60,360 bases of DNA, filler included, from Hausera hauseri (GCA_046269625.1; 12 parts of 12 records of this genome joined end to end with filler, not necessarily neighbours in it), one strand, 5' to 3'; positions 24,575 through 36,867 are shown, counted from the first letter of the whole stretch. Notes: generated from the letters alone by a model not told the origin. Numbers and translations are program-made.

Positions 24575-26400
24575 ATATCATCAACACTGAATTCATGTGT
24601 GTGCGTGCTTTATTCCAAATGCCAATGTCCGTACGCCCAACTTTTATTTTGCCCCACCCACTTATGCTTATCATCATTGCACGATAAAGCGACTTTTGCA
24701 TTGGTCACCGTATACAACTGGTACTCAATTGATCGGATGATCGTTTGAGATACAACAACATTTGATTGTCCTTCTTCTTCATAGATACGGCGATAATCAC
24801 AGTGGTTTATTTTTATCTAGGCCAACTGAACTCCTTTGACGCCCATTTTCGGCCCACCATCAGTTAAAAGGATATAACATTTTGGCCGCAGAAATAGCCA
24901 TTCCCGATTCGAAGCCGACTTTCACTTTCATCCTTGAAGCAGCCGATTTTGTTTGTGATGAAGTTGCTGTACAATGGACGATTCTGTGGGTAATTGGAAG
25001 TGTCCAGTAATCCGTCTGCCATCATTTTCCGCAGCAGTTTTTCGCGATTGATGTTTTCCATTTCCAAGAAAAAACTATCTGTGTCACAAGCAATTATATT
25101 GATCCTACATCCGCCGCATCCGCCGACAAACATTTGCCGGTATCGTGCCAAATTGCGATGCTGCAGCTCATACATACGCAACTTTCTCACATCCAATACC
25201 AATTGAAATATGTAACTTGGCCAGTCCAGTACGTCCTATTCCCTGTTTAAAAGTACGGCAACAAATCCATCGGCAATGTGCATTGATCGCCTAAACTGCC
25301 CTTGCTCGTGTATGTGACCAACCGCTTTTCGCTATAACAAAGACGTGCATTGAGCAGCTTTATCATATTCTATACCGTCTTTCCGTAGCGAGAATTGTTT
25401 TTTAGTTTGTAATGGTCTTTTTCAAACTTCGCACAAGCTGCAGCTCGTTTCTCCGAATTCCGACTGATGTACGGCTTGAATATCAGAGCCTGTGCGAATC
25501 GGATTGCGTGATGCAGCTATGTGACGTGTACACCCAACTGCATGTAAAATTTCAAAATACGCCAATAAACTATGTAGTTTTGGTTAGGTTCATTTGTCAT
25601 AAGCAGCTTTTTCACCTTCGAGTCCGCTGGACATTGGCTAATTGGTGCAACCGACAGTTCATCCAGAAAGTCATGCAGCTCATCTGGTACCACGAGATAG
25701 ACCTCCATCAGGTACATGATTGAGCTGTTTTCTGCCGTATCTGCTCTCGGCAGATTTTCCAGTATTGCGTCCAAGTCCTGCTTGTCAACCATCAATTTGA
25801 ATGAACCGTACGATAAGGTTTTGAAAGCTGCCAGCCGTATAGATTATTAATTTCAATATACAAAAGTGATGTAGTATTATCACTGGTTACGTAATGCTTT
25901 TTGACAAATGGCATGTCGCCACGAATACCAACATCAAACATTCTGTACATTTCCGGGTCTTGCAACATCTCAATATCCCGATATAGTGACATCAGAGCTG
26001 ATGCCCAACTCATTTCGGGTATTGAGTAAAAGTTGAGTGTCTCGAGTCTATCTTCTGCCAACACTTTAGCTCGAAATGTATGAAACACATCGGCTAACAG
26101 GTAAACATCCTATTTTAGATAGTGAAGCATGTACTCCAACCGGTTTCTACATCCAAGCTCTGTCCAAAACAACTGCGCTCTGTAATATTCGTCTTCTGTG
26201 ATACCGGGCCATTGCGGTGGTAATTCGTCTGTCATCTGAAGCAGCTCGTACGAAATCACAAAGTTATACGGTAATATACCTTTGCTACGTGCAATATGTA
26301 CAGGGAACTGAGTCAATGTTAGAGGCATATCTGGCAAGGCATTTATCAGCTTTGACAGAGATTCATTGAGAACTAATATTTGAGAATGATCAAAGAGTTC
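24575..26400 (-). pseudogene. Maverick/Polinton protein-primed DNA polymerase B (heavily frameshifted)
   Basis: 'SKGILPY', 'YLK*DVYLLADVF', 'GIRGD', 'LLYIEINNLYGW', 'KLKNNSRYGK', 'CDTDSFF', 'IGCFKDE', 'NDDK'. Confidence 0.9.
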
Positions 26401-26943
26401 CAAATAAAATTTGGTTTGATAAATAAGCGGTAATAAGATCAAGATATGTTGATAAATTCTTAAAAAATGATATAACATTATATCACACCGAAAATGAAGG
26501 AAAATCAGAATTTGCAGAAATATTTATTAGAACCTTGAAACATAAAATGTGGAAACATTTTATTGCTCAAGAAAATCAAAAATGGTCTAATAAATTATTA
26601 CAAAAGATTGTCCAAGAATATAATAATACAATTTATTAAAGCATAAAAGAGACACCATTTAATGCTTCTAAAAATCCAAAATTAGTTAAAGATATTAATT
26701 AAGTAAATAATTTACAAAATTGAGACTAGGCTAATAAGAAACCAAAGTTCAAAATAGGTGATTAAGTAAGAATTTATAAATACAAAAGCGATTTGAAAGG
26801 GGATACACCCATTCTTTTACAAAAGAAGTATTTATTCTTGATAATATGTTATATATTGCCAATAAATTAGGAACTAAGAGACTTAAACGAAGAAAAAATA
26901 TTAGTAACCTTTTATAGCGAAGAATTTTTGAAGAGTGAGTTTA
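26400..26943 (+). pseudogene. Maverick-type retroviral-like integrase, C-terminal part
   Basis: 'YHTENEGKSEFAEIFIRTLKHKMWKHF', 'IVQEYNNTIY*SIKETP', 'KPKFKIGD*VRI', 'FYSEE'. Confidence 0.8.
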
Positions 26944-26980
26944 ACTTACCTTAGGCACTAAATTATTTACATGAAAACAG

Positions 26981-27080
26981 NNNNNNNNNNNNNNNNNNNN
27001 NNNNNNNNNNNNNNNNNNNNNNNNTTAATTAATTAANNNNNNNNNNNNNNNNNNNNNNNNNNNNNNNNNNNNNNNNNNNN
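26981..27080. other. Artificial contig spacer
   Basis: N44-TTAATTAATTAA-N44. Confidence 0.98.
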
Positions 27081-28149
27081 TTTATGATGATTAATAATGT
27101 GAAAAAAATTATTGCAAATGAAACTAAGATTATGCAATATTGGCTTCTAAATGTTACGTCATTTTACTCTTCTTCAATATTCCCACCAACATGCAGAAGA
27201 ATTTTATGAATTAACAAGATTTCTGCCATTTTTCGACCATTAATATTTGAATAATCGTGTTTTCTTCATGCTTTGTTGACCCAATAAATATCCGTCTAAT
27301 ATTTGGCTCATAACATGTCATCGTCGATGTGTAAAGCTAATATTTACATAGAATGAAGAAATATTAGCAATCTGATGGATAATTAGAATTTTCAGGATGG
27401 TTTATCACAATTATGAAATTTATTGTGTCTGTGTTGAAATGAAACTTGCCACGGATTATAAATACAAATCAATATCATTGAGTGTTGCTAATAACAATTA
27501 CAATTATAATGACATTGATAGTTTAATCGTTTGACTCACTTTTACGAAAAATAATAACTAAAGGAATCTGATATTAAATTTTGAATTTTGGGAATTGCAG
27601 AATGGTACTGTCTTCTACGATCAGTGAAGATTGTTATGACTTTTAATAGAAGTTTATTACAAAAATTATGGTAAATAAATGTACAAATTAAGTCAATTAA
27701 ATATTTCATATTTAAATATTTTACGACATATACAGATCTATGTAATATTGAAATGTTTGTAACATTTTTGTTGGTTTCCTAATTTTTGAACACAATAAAT
27801 TTGGAGGATATTTATTGTTAATTTCAATGAGCTTGATTTAAAAGTATTTTTATGAATAAATCAGTTAACGTTACAATATTTAGAAGTCGATCACCCAATA
27901 AAATGACATTTGTTATATAATAATTAGGTCACAAGTAATCACAAATAGGTCAAATAATGATCGGTTGATCGAGGGTTGGAAAAAATTGTTCCGAATTTTT
28001 ATCTACTGGTCTAGAGATTAATTTATGGATGACCTTGCCGGATTTAGATTTGTAACGGATAGCTTCTGGTTCAGATTTCACCACCAATATTGATTGTTTC
28101 GTCCGCTTGAAATCTTTTTTTACTAGATAACGTAGTGGGCGTTATTAAC

Positions 28150-29111
28150 ACCTTATCGGAGGCCACACTGAGAGTTATGAAGTCGCCAATCCATATCAGA
28201 GATTTATGTGGCATGATAACACTGAACTAATGCGGTACTGCGTAAAGAAATATTCCGCGTATCGTAAAAGTGTTTCGCCAGTTCTTTGTATTTCTTTGTT
28301 TCCAGCTTGTATTATCAAATAACATCTTCGTGATATAAGATATCATGAACTCCGGCTATTCGTCTGAGGGGCACCTAAAGTGGCGGGTCAGCATTTTTAT
28401 GACGTTGACTCCGATTACCAACTTGTCCGTTAGGATTGTGGATACTTTATAATAAAAGTCCTGTATGTCCAGTTGATTGTTTATGGTTGCTTCCGTTCAT
28501 CCTGTTATATGCGTATCGAAATTATTTATTCTCTCGCTTGGGGTTATGACTGCATAGAAAAGTGTATCTCCATTCATGTTTATAATGGTGCATTCTATTA
28601 TTTGTAATTGATTCGATTGGTCATAGGTCAGGTTTGCTGCGGCTATAACCATGTCGTTCTGATTAATTTCTTGTAATTTTCGATACGGTTTTTCTTCATG
28701 AAGAACATAGTCCGGTTCCGGAAAGTGGAAATGACGTCGTTCCGGTTGCGGGTGCCAGAATTTCTCCTTTTGGATGACTTTGATACCAATCATTATTCGA
28801 TTGGTTAAGGAGCGGATTTTGATGGAGTTGTTATCGAAAAATTTATAATCGATAGTTATTCCATGATCCGGATCCATGTTTATTAAATCGCCATTTATTT
28901 TCGTCTTATAGTTTTTGGTCTTGATTTGAAATTTCCTGATAATATCATATATGTTCAAGCTATGGAAATTTTCCGGGAAAGAAATTAATCCCTGAATTAA
29001 GAAAGAAGTGTCTTTCGTCATCTGCACCAAGACCATAGAACGGTTACTTGCGCTGTACCCTTTAAGATTGTAAGGGATTTTTGTATGATACGCACTAACC
29101 TGGATTGGCAC
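28150..29111 (-). pseudogene. DEDDh exonuclease-fold protein lacking catalytic residues (copy A)
   Basis: 'MVIAAANL...IIECTIINMNGDTLFYAVITPSERINNFDTHITG', continuing after stop/frameshifts as 'LTDKLVIGVN...RRIAGVHDILYHED...KYKELAKHFY'. REX4/ISG20-like pattern. Confidence 0.6.
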
Positions 29112-29179
29112 TTATCAGAAGATTTTTCGCATTTTTATACCAATACATACTTCTTTGTAACGACTATCTGCATTGAGGT

Positions 29180-29805
29180 TTTTATATATTGGTGTGGCCC
29201 ACTATATAACAATAATTACACTTGAGATTTGAGTACCTTAATGCGGGTAAGGTCTACCGTTATCGAATAGACAGATTGTGCCTTATAACAACTAGCTTAA
29301 TCAGTAGTGCTGGTACTCGCTTGCGGTCCTGTGCAAAAGGTTTAACAAAATTCTCGTCTTAACTATGTGATTTTACAGTAGAATTTTAGACCTTATTGTA
29401 GTCTAATCACCCTTATGGGGCAATAAAAAACATTATAAGAATTTTAGAATAACAAATATATTTTTTACAATAATAATAAACACCTTTTTTTCTGGATACA
29501 CCTTCGGTATCGGAATTGAAAATCAAAATCAACTGGTTCAGGAGTTTGTTTCGAAAAAACCAACAAATAATTCTCTACGCTTTTCGAAATCCTGTGAGAA
29601 TGCTTCTCCAAACGTTTCCTTAATTTAACTTCTTGAAATTTCCAATTTTCTTCGCTAAGGAAGCTTCTGAAAACGTCTTCAAAATCACTTTCAAACAACT
29701 CAACAACTTTCAAACAACTCAAATGAAACTCAAATCTTTCATATCTGCTACATGTTTTTATACCAATGCGACTGCGTACGTGACTGATTTAATTTCATAT
29801 TCTTG
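29180..29805 (-). mobile_element. Partial LTR (second, diverged copy)
   Basis: TATAAAA at ~29761. Blocks shared with 29810-30100 and with the sequence preceding the PBS at 45199. Confidence 0.5.
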
Positions 29806-30585
29806 TGTTAGTAGTTGAAGGTGGGCCCTATTCAACACCCAACTATAACAATAATGAAACTCGAATTTAATTTAGTAATTATAAGCAGATAAGTTGTAAC
29901 GTTCTCGTTAGAATGTTTGCACTATTTTATCTTGCGTGTTCTGCGTGCAGTGAATGCGTAAATTACAAAATTTTCGTCCTAACTATGAAGTTTAAATCGA
30001 TTTTAAAACTTAGTGTGGTGCAAGTCCCTCGTAAGGAGTGACGGAAAACTATAAGAGAATTTTACAATACAAATTTATTGACAAATAAAACAATATACCG
30101 GACGATACAGTCGACTTAAATTTTCTACAAAACGTTCAAGTCAATTGAATCTTTTTCGATAAAATTTGGTATCTATGAGCTTCACCGCTAACTCGGTAAC
30201 TGAAATATCGTTTCAAGATTTCTGGAATATAACTGATTATCTGAGCCTTTCCAATAGCTCGATCAATGCCAACTTATCTTCTAACTTGTTTATTCCAACT
30301 GATTTTGTACTGCCTTATATAGTCGGCAGTCATAAGCAATTTCATGCATAAATTTACATTTTATTTTTATAAATTTATTTTTCCGAAATTTCGTACAATA
30401 ATCAACTATTTTCTTTTCCAAATAAATATTTTCATATTTACATATTCACTACAATTTCTCTGATTAATAAAAATTTTCAATTTCTAACGTTAAACATTAG
30501 TTTCGGTTTTAGTTTCGGTTTCGTTTTTCAGTTTCGTTTCAATTTACATATTTACAAATTTACGGTTTACGACCATTCTACAACA
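29806..30585 (-). mobile_element. LTR preceded by polypurine tract
   Basis: Minus strand PPT AGGGAGGAGAAA (30597-30586), then TGTTG...TAACA. Internal TATATAA, TCAGTT and AATAAA. Confidence 0.65.
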
Positions 30586-30991
30586 TTTCTCCTCCCTGAA
30601 CGGCACTCTCGGATGCGCCTACTGCGTCAGTAGAGGTGCCGGGAAATCGGCGTAATCGGTCCATTCGTCCGCGTAAGTCCGCTTCCGAATCCAATTTGTT
30701 CAACGGTGATTGCAAGTCAATATGATAGGACGTAGTGGCCTGTTCGGGTAGTATCTCTACTATCTTCTTATTTTCTCCATTTGAGTAGTATCTTAGCCTG
30801 GTAGCTTCAGCTCTGCATACTGGGCAGGTCGTTTCCCCATTTTTCAGGGTCCACGTCTCTAGGCAGTACCGGCAATATTTGTGACTGCAATCTTTGTTGT
30901 CCAATACCACGAATCCTTGATAGAGATCCGCGTCGCATATGGGACATTCTTTTTTCTCCGCTGCATCAATATCCACAAGGTTTTTGTCCAC
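30578..30991 (-). CDS. RING-HC (C3HC4) finger, probably the C-terminus of a longer disrupted ORF
   Basis: 'CPICDADLYQGFVVLDNKDCSHKYCRYCLETWTLKNGETTCPVCR'. Same frame as ORF 31001..31192 across one TAG. Runs through the PPT into the LTR. Confidence 0.85.
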   Translation of the reverse strand: MDKNLVDIDAAEKKECPICDADLYQGFVVLDNKDCSHKYCRYCLETWTLKNGETTCPVCRAEATRLRYYSNGENKKIVEILPEQATTSYHIDLQSPLNKLDSEADLRGRMDRLRRFPGTSTDAVGASESAVQGGEML

Positions 30992-31000
30992 TTCTATTCT

Positions 31001-32267
31001 CTAAAATACCAGTCCTTTTTTGTCTTGATACAAGTATCCGTACAATCTCTTTTGATTGGAGTCTATCGAGCTTTTTCTCGGATCGTCGGATACTGCGACT
31101 AGGGTCCATTCTACTATTTCTTGTTTGTCCAGATCAGGTATGCCAGTCTTCTTATATTGTCTTTTTAATTGAATTCTAACTTGGGTATCCACGGGAATTG
31201 TTAATCTGTTGGTGCCACGCTTAGACTGAAATATTGGGGCTAAGTATCTGCCAATGTTGGTATCTTCTCTGGCATATCTATTTCCACTGACTATCCTTCT
31301 AGGGACGGTGGATACATAAAATATAGCCTCTTTAATTTTTCCTTTGCTCTAGTACTCGGCCATAGCGAGGATTTTTTTATATTCTTTCACTTGGCCGAAT
31401 TCTGTAACTATAATTGGGGTATCTTCTTCCCAGTTCTTCCGAAGAACATTAACCTTCGTCTTAAGGGATCCGGTTTTGGTAATTTTTATTTGATTTTCGC
31501 TGTTTTCTTTCTTTCTTTCTCGATTTGATATTTCTTTCTGATCGTTTATGGGTTCCTCCGGGATTAGGCTATCTGTCGCTGACCTTTTTTCGCCTATTGG
31601 GCATTTGCTGGTCTTGCTTTTTTTTACTGATGTATTCCAGGAAGGAAGTTTTTGTCTTTTGCCTTTTCGGGTTTTCTGAATTATCGGATTTTATTGTTAC
31701 TTCTCCTTGGGCTTTAATGGTTGATGGTTTCTGTTGGTTTATCGGGACTTCCATTGGGTTATTATGGATTGTTACTCAAAATAGGTTATGTCCTTGGGGT
31801 TCGATCTGCCTATAGCCCAGGTATTCACTAAACCCTTTTCGGAATTTTTGTATCAGTGCCTTGGGGTTATTGTCAGATATCGCATTTTGTATGGGACTTT
31901 TGGGTTTTCATTCGTGATCCCATCGTAACGAGTCATAGATATCTTTTATAAATTTGATCCTTTGACTTGCTGTCATCAGCTTCGGGAATTTGGATCGTTC
32001 GCCATTCATGGCTTCTAGCATCATCTTAAATTGCGATTCGCGCGATGCTAACGGAAGCAGGCAACCTCTTTTCCGCATCAAGGTATTTTCTACTTGGCTC
32101 ACTACTGCTGGGTTTAGGCTCACTTTTCGAATTCCGGCTATGTATTCTTGCCTAATTCCTAGTCGCTCCAGAGCTTCGTGAACTCGGAATGCGGTAACGA
32201 CGTACTTGTATAAGCAATGGCTTATATCTTCTTGGATCTCCAAGAAATCCTTTCCCCTTTCGAGCTG
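31001..32267 (-). pseudogene. DEDDh-fold pseudo-nuclease (copy B, C-terminal half) plus linker and unknown domain
   Basis: 'EIQEDISHCLYKYVVTAFRVHEALERLGIRQEYIAGIRKV' aligns with 'DVVKEMIHWLLGTVVIGLETHKALEMFDIPLNYLAGVIDL' of ORF 33518. Confidence 0.55.
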
Positions 32268-32367
32268 NNNNNNNNNNNNNNNNNNNNNNNNNNNNNNNNN
32301 NNNNNNNNNNNTTAATTAATTAANNNNNNNNNNNNNNNNNNNNNNNNNNNNNNNNNNNNNNNNNNNN
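32268..32367. other. Artificial contig spacer
   Basis: N44-TTAATTAATTAA-N44. Confidence 0.98.
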
Positions 32368-32539
32368 GCATATGGCGTGATCGTCACACTTGAGAGTGCT
32401 GTGACTGGGCATATGGCGTGATCGTCACACTTGAGAGTGCTGTGACTGGGCATATGGCGTGATCGCCACACTTGAGAGTGCTGTGACTGGGCATATGGCG
32501 TGATCGTCACACTTGAGAGTGCCGTGACTGGGCATATGG
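32368..32539. repeat. 41-bp minisatellite, at least 4.2 copies
   Basis: Unit gcatatggcgtgatcgtcacacttgagagtgctgtgactgg starts at 32368, 32409, 32450, 32491 and 32532, with no spacers. Confidence 0.95.
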
Positions 32540-33494
32540 TGCTGCAGAGTGAGGGATGCAGGATCTAGTACATGGTCCTTTCATTCCACGGCTCTGTCAA
32601 TCCAAGGACTGGGAGTTGACGTGGATTTTTAGGTTAACAAGATAACGAGGTTGTTGCGCGGGACTCCGGCACCTGTCATTCTGTTACGTCAAGAATTAGG
32701 ATGGAAACATAGACGGTGATAAAGTTGATCGGATGGCATAACATCAATTGACTGTGTCACTGAAGAATATGATGCTAAAGATCCATCAGCTTGAGCCACG
32801 GTAGAAGCAGGTTGTGTTTCTTAACCACTTCCTCGTCGAACACACCGCAAAGATTTATTATCTGGGTTATGCAAGGATTTTAGGCAACGAAATGGCATAC
32901 GTGCTGTTTTGAGGTGCTTGTACAAAGGATACATAGAAAATGGACAAAGAGACATATACTTAAATCCGGGACGGAGACGATACAACAGGAGGAAGAGGAA
33001 GACTGGGTAGAAAACGTTTACATTGTGAGGATGACTGAGTTAAGTGTCCTAACGGGTGATGGGAGGAAATGTTTCTCTGGTAAAAAGAGGCGGGCTGACA
33101 AACATAAACTTGCCGTAAGCAAAACGACTCTTCGGTAGTTTCTGGAACTGGGGAGAGGAGCATATGTGGTAATTTCCTGAATGATGTGATACATATTCCA
33201 TTAGCGCATTCGTTTTCTTGCTGAATTTAGTCATCTTATTTTGTTGTAGTAGCTTACATGTAGCTTACACATAAGACTGACTTCAAAAGAACATGGTACC
33301 TCAAGTCACGTGGTTTCAAAGCACCAATCCAACTCTGCCATCCTGTTTCACTCAGTGGCTTAACGCTGCCGCCATGGCTAAGACTGATGAATGACTACGT
33401 TAGAATTTGTCAACACGTAGTCAAAGAGAAATAAATTTAGATCTGCTGAACTAAACAAGACGATAAATAGTGTCCTATCCTTACAAATAAACAG

Positions 33495-34936
33495 GTTTTA
33501 TCAAATCTGTACTTTACTTGTTTTGTTTTAAAAGTCGACATTGTGTCGCGACTGAAAGTCAGATTTATGCTCGAGTGATATATTCAAAACTATACCCACA
33601 GTATCACGCTGATCAGCTAGATGCCGAAAAGATAATCCTGAACCATGGAATCAAGAGGAGCAGTCATTCCAAGACGCTCTCAAAAACATTTTACAACAAT
33701 ATCCGACGACAAGTTTTACTCAGTCCGAATTTTGAAGTACTAAATGTTGTTCGAATCCCAAATCAGCTTAAACATGAAGTGACTACAAATAGAAACCTCA
33801 GTATTAATACGATTACAGAATCTCATCAGTTCTCCTTGAAACAATTTATGCCAAGAAGTGATGCAATAGAAGGTTTGGTTATACATGTTGCCAGAGGAGC
33901 CCTTTGCTTGAAAACAAAAATTGCACGTCAGTTTGCAAATACCATTATCAATTCCATTTATGAAGAAGAATCGCTGTTTTTAAACACTCCAATGAGTGTG
34001 GATTTGCTCCAGGCCAGACCAATGTTTCTACCACTGGTAATCATGCTAGAGTGGCTGTTACCGGAGAAACATCTTTTTCTTCCGAGACCAATGATACTAG
34101 CAAACAATCCCCCAGATATAGTGGTGCAGGCTGGATCAAACTTTCTTAACACCAATCAAACCAATACGATCAGAATACTAACAGTCTCAAATGGATATAT
34201 GAAGGACAATAGTCCCTTACCTATTCATGTTACAATCACAACTAAAGGAGGAAAAGTATTATATGAGGCCATTGTAGCAAATAGAAAAAAGTTGCACAAT
34301 GCGAATTCGATTCGTCATGGAATTATTCCGGAATATATATCCACTCACGGACAGGATATTTATGATGTCGTGAAAGAAATGATTCATTGGTTGTTGGGCA
34401 CAGTAGTAATAGGATTAGAAACCCATAAGGCGTTGGAAATGTTTGATATACCTTTAAATTATTTGGCAGGAGTCATAGACCTTCTAAAACACGATGAAAT
34501 CACCGGACAAACATTCCAGCAAGTCACGTTAGCGAATGTCAGTAATCTGCTCAAATTGCTCCAGACAAGAAATGGAATGAGCTATGCGCAGGATAATCAT
34601 GGTAAAATGGCTTTAACGTTTGATATCTTTAAAACGGTACAGAATCCATTCAAGGTATTATGGACTCCACCAGATCTAAGTAACAATGTGGTAGACCCGG
34701 GAGAATTATTTTATAACCGGGAAAAGTATTTAGCAGACTTTGCGTGGATATATCATTCAACTGGAGAAAAAATAAACAACAGAGATCAGAAATTAGAAGA
34801 ATTAGACGAATTAAAAACACCATCTTTATCGGACGTGTCTGATGGTATTGCGCATGAAGAAGAAAATCTCCTGAAGGAAGATGTTACGCAGGTAGAAAAA
34901 GATGATATGGAAGAAGTGGATTATACTAACAAGTAA
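33495..34936 (+). CDS. DEDDh exonuclease-fold protein lacking catalytic residues (copy C), LTR-element cargo
   Basis: 'IRILTVSNG...IHVTITTKGGKVLYEAIV...NSIRHGIIPEYI...DIYDVVKEMIHWLLGTVVIGLETHKAL...GVIDL'. The frame opens at the phase-1 acceptor cag|GT (33494/33495). Confidence 0.65.
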
Positions 34937-35058
34937 TTCAGGAATTCATAAAAACTGAATCTACTGCAGTACAAACGGGAAAAACTGACTTCGAGAAATT
35001 TGGCGAGAAAATTCTCAAAGGATTAACTCAAACAGAGACATTTACATTTTCATGTGGA

Positions 35059-35508
35059 TTGTTGATTTATACGAAAAATTTTACTCTCCCACTGGTAATA
35101 GATAAAATTGAAGTTCCCGTTTACATTGATCAATCGATACCGCAGATAACTTTACAGTCGTGGGATAATCTTAACAACGAAGTAATCGGATTTGTTTTCG
35201 AAAATTCAGTAGATAAGAAGACCCTTATTCTTTTCGACAATATCGATAGATTATACAGATTACCCATAAAGATGAATGCAGAATTCAACGCAAAAATCAT
35301 GGTTCAGTTATGCCAGAATTCGTTTATAACCAAACTGAAAATTGATTACAAAGGACGGAAATTGATTTATGTGTTGCTAGTTAAATCAAATAGACCAGTA
35401 TTGATTCCAATCGAGAGAATTCCTAAAGGAAAAAATGCAGATCCAGAACAGTCTTTGACATTCATGATTGAAAATGATATTCGGAACATTGTTGATCTAG
35501 ACTTTTGA
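35059..35508 (+). CDS. Hypothetical protein, possibly a disrupted continuation of the upstream ORF
   Basis: 149-aa open frame ending about 130 bp before the PPT. No recognised motif. Confidence 0.45.
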   Translation: MLIYTKNFTLPLVIDKIEVPVYIDQSIPQITLQSWDNLNNEVIGFVFENSVDKKTLILFDNIDRLYRLPIKMNAEFNAKIMVQLCQNSFITKLKIDYKGRKLIYVLLVKSNRPVLIPIERIPKGKNADPEQSLTFMIENDIRNIVDLDF

Positions 35509-35649
35509 AGTTACTGTGTACATTTAATTGCATGTTACTCATCTTGTGCTTTGTATCCTTCATTTTTATTGCTGTTAGTTGATATGTAAATATTATTATT
35601 TATTTTCGTTTTTCTTTTGTGACGTTAGCACCCCTTAAGGGTCGGGGAA

Positions 35650-36276
35650 TGTTGTGAATGCGGTTAGTACATTGTCTGATCTTACTTTGTAGACAGATGA
35701 CTCAGACTGTACTTTTGAATTTATTTGAAATACGCGCTGCCGCGAAGTTTGAATTTGGGTTGAAATTGAAAATTGCGCACGCGCAAAAGTTAAAATAATA
35801 ATTGACAGCTAAAAAAGGTATAAATAGCTGATACAATTTACAGTTGAACGAACAAAAATTATTTGAACAAAAAAAATTATTTCTAACAAAGTTTTGGAAT
35901 AACAAATTGGATTTGGAGTTTGTTGTCGATAAATTTCTAGATAGAAATTTTTCATTTATTTGTCCTTAAGTAAGCTTAGTATATTTTGTTGGTTTATTTC
36001 TTATTGTGTTAATCAGTTATAAGTTGTATTATTTTTTGATTATTCGAGTCGTACATTTTGTTCATTTGTGTTTGAATATATTTTTGTATTCAGATTCATT
36101 CTTCCCAAAGTAAAATATTAGACTCAATCTGCAGAGAGATTGAAGTCAAGTAAACAAGTTTTCTTTCCATACAATATAGCAATCAGAATCACATACAATT
36201 AATTTGAAATATATCGTTACCCTCAGATTTGAGATTTTATAAGATTTTCTTGTGAGAGGAAATTCTTATAAAAACA
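35650..36276 (+). mobile_element. LTR flanked by PPT (5') and PBS (3')
   Basis: PPT-like AAGGGTCGGGGAA (35637-35649), TGTTG...AAACA termini, TATAAATA at ~35819. Confidence 0.75.
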
Positions 36277-36281
36277 ATATT

Positions 36282-36293
36282 TGGCGCCCGAAC
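36282..36293 (+). promoter_or_regulatory. Primer binding site (tRNA-Lys)
   Basis: TGGCGCCCGAAC, the start of the canonical tRNA-Lys(UUU) PBS. Confidence 0.8.
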
Positions 36294-36867
36294 TCAAGCA
36301 TTTTCATTTTAATCATTGAGTTTTTTCGACGTTTTTTCTCAAGGCATAACCAGCCTGAATTTACCGTCATTATCGGCGAAACGAAAATTCGTTTTCGTAA
36401 CTATCAAACTTTTCTGGATTTCCTAGAAACTCAGAAACGTTCTAATAATATTGTGCTTTTTAAGCAAGCAATTGTAATTGAAAAAAGCGCTTGATTTCTG
36501 GTTCCTCCCCTACATATAATTTGAAACTTTCAACACACGTTGTTAACCTTCAAGGGTTGGGGAAATTGAGTAGTAAGTATAAAATTTTTGCGTTAGAAAA
36601 CAAAAGTAATTAAATTTCTTTTTGACATATATAGACTTCTGACTCCGACAGTCAAGTAGTCGTACAATATAAAATCAGACGATACTTAAATAATAATTAA
36701 TAAATACCAATTGGGAATACATATACATATTAAAGTAGCTAAAGCCAACGATAATCATAAGTCGAAAAACTAGAAGCCAAAGCTTACTTAGAGTTAAGGA
36801 TCAAACAGAATTACTAACTGAAAAAATACCTGTTGTTTTTGTAGAGAAACTTCAAATTAATAAAGAA

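Noticed and set aside
20024-26980. Intact or active virus genome
   Set aside because: Nearly every gene has stops or frameshifts; this is a decayed endogenous Maverick.
32368-32539. CRISPR array
   Set aside because: The 41-bp units are head-to-tail with no unique spacers, there are no cas genes and the context is eukaryotic.
33300-33380. Promoter (E-box, CCAAT) and Kozak ATG for the pseudo-nuclease
   Set aside because: The ATG reaches a stop within four codons and no donor connects it to the ORF.
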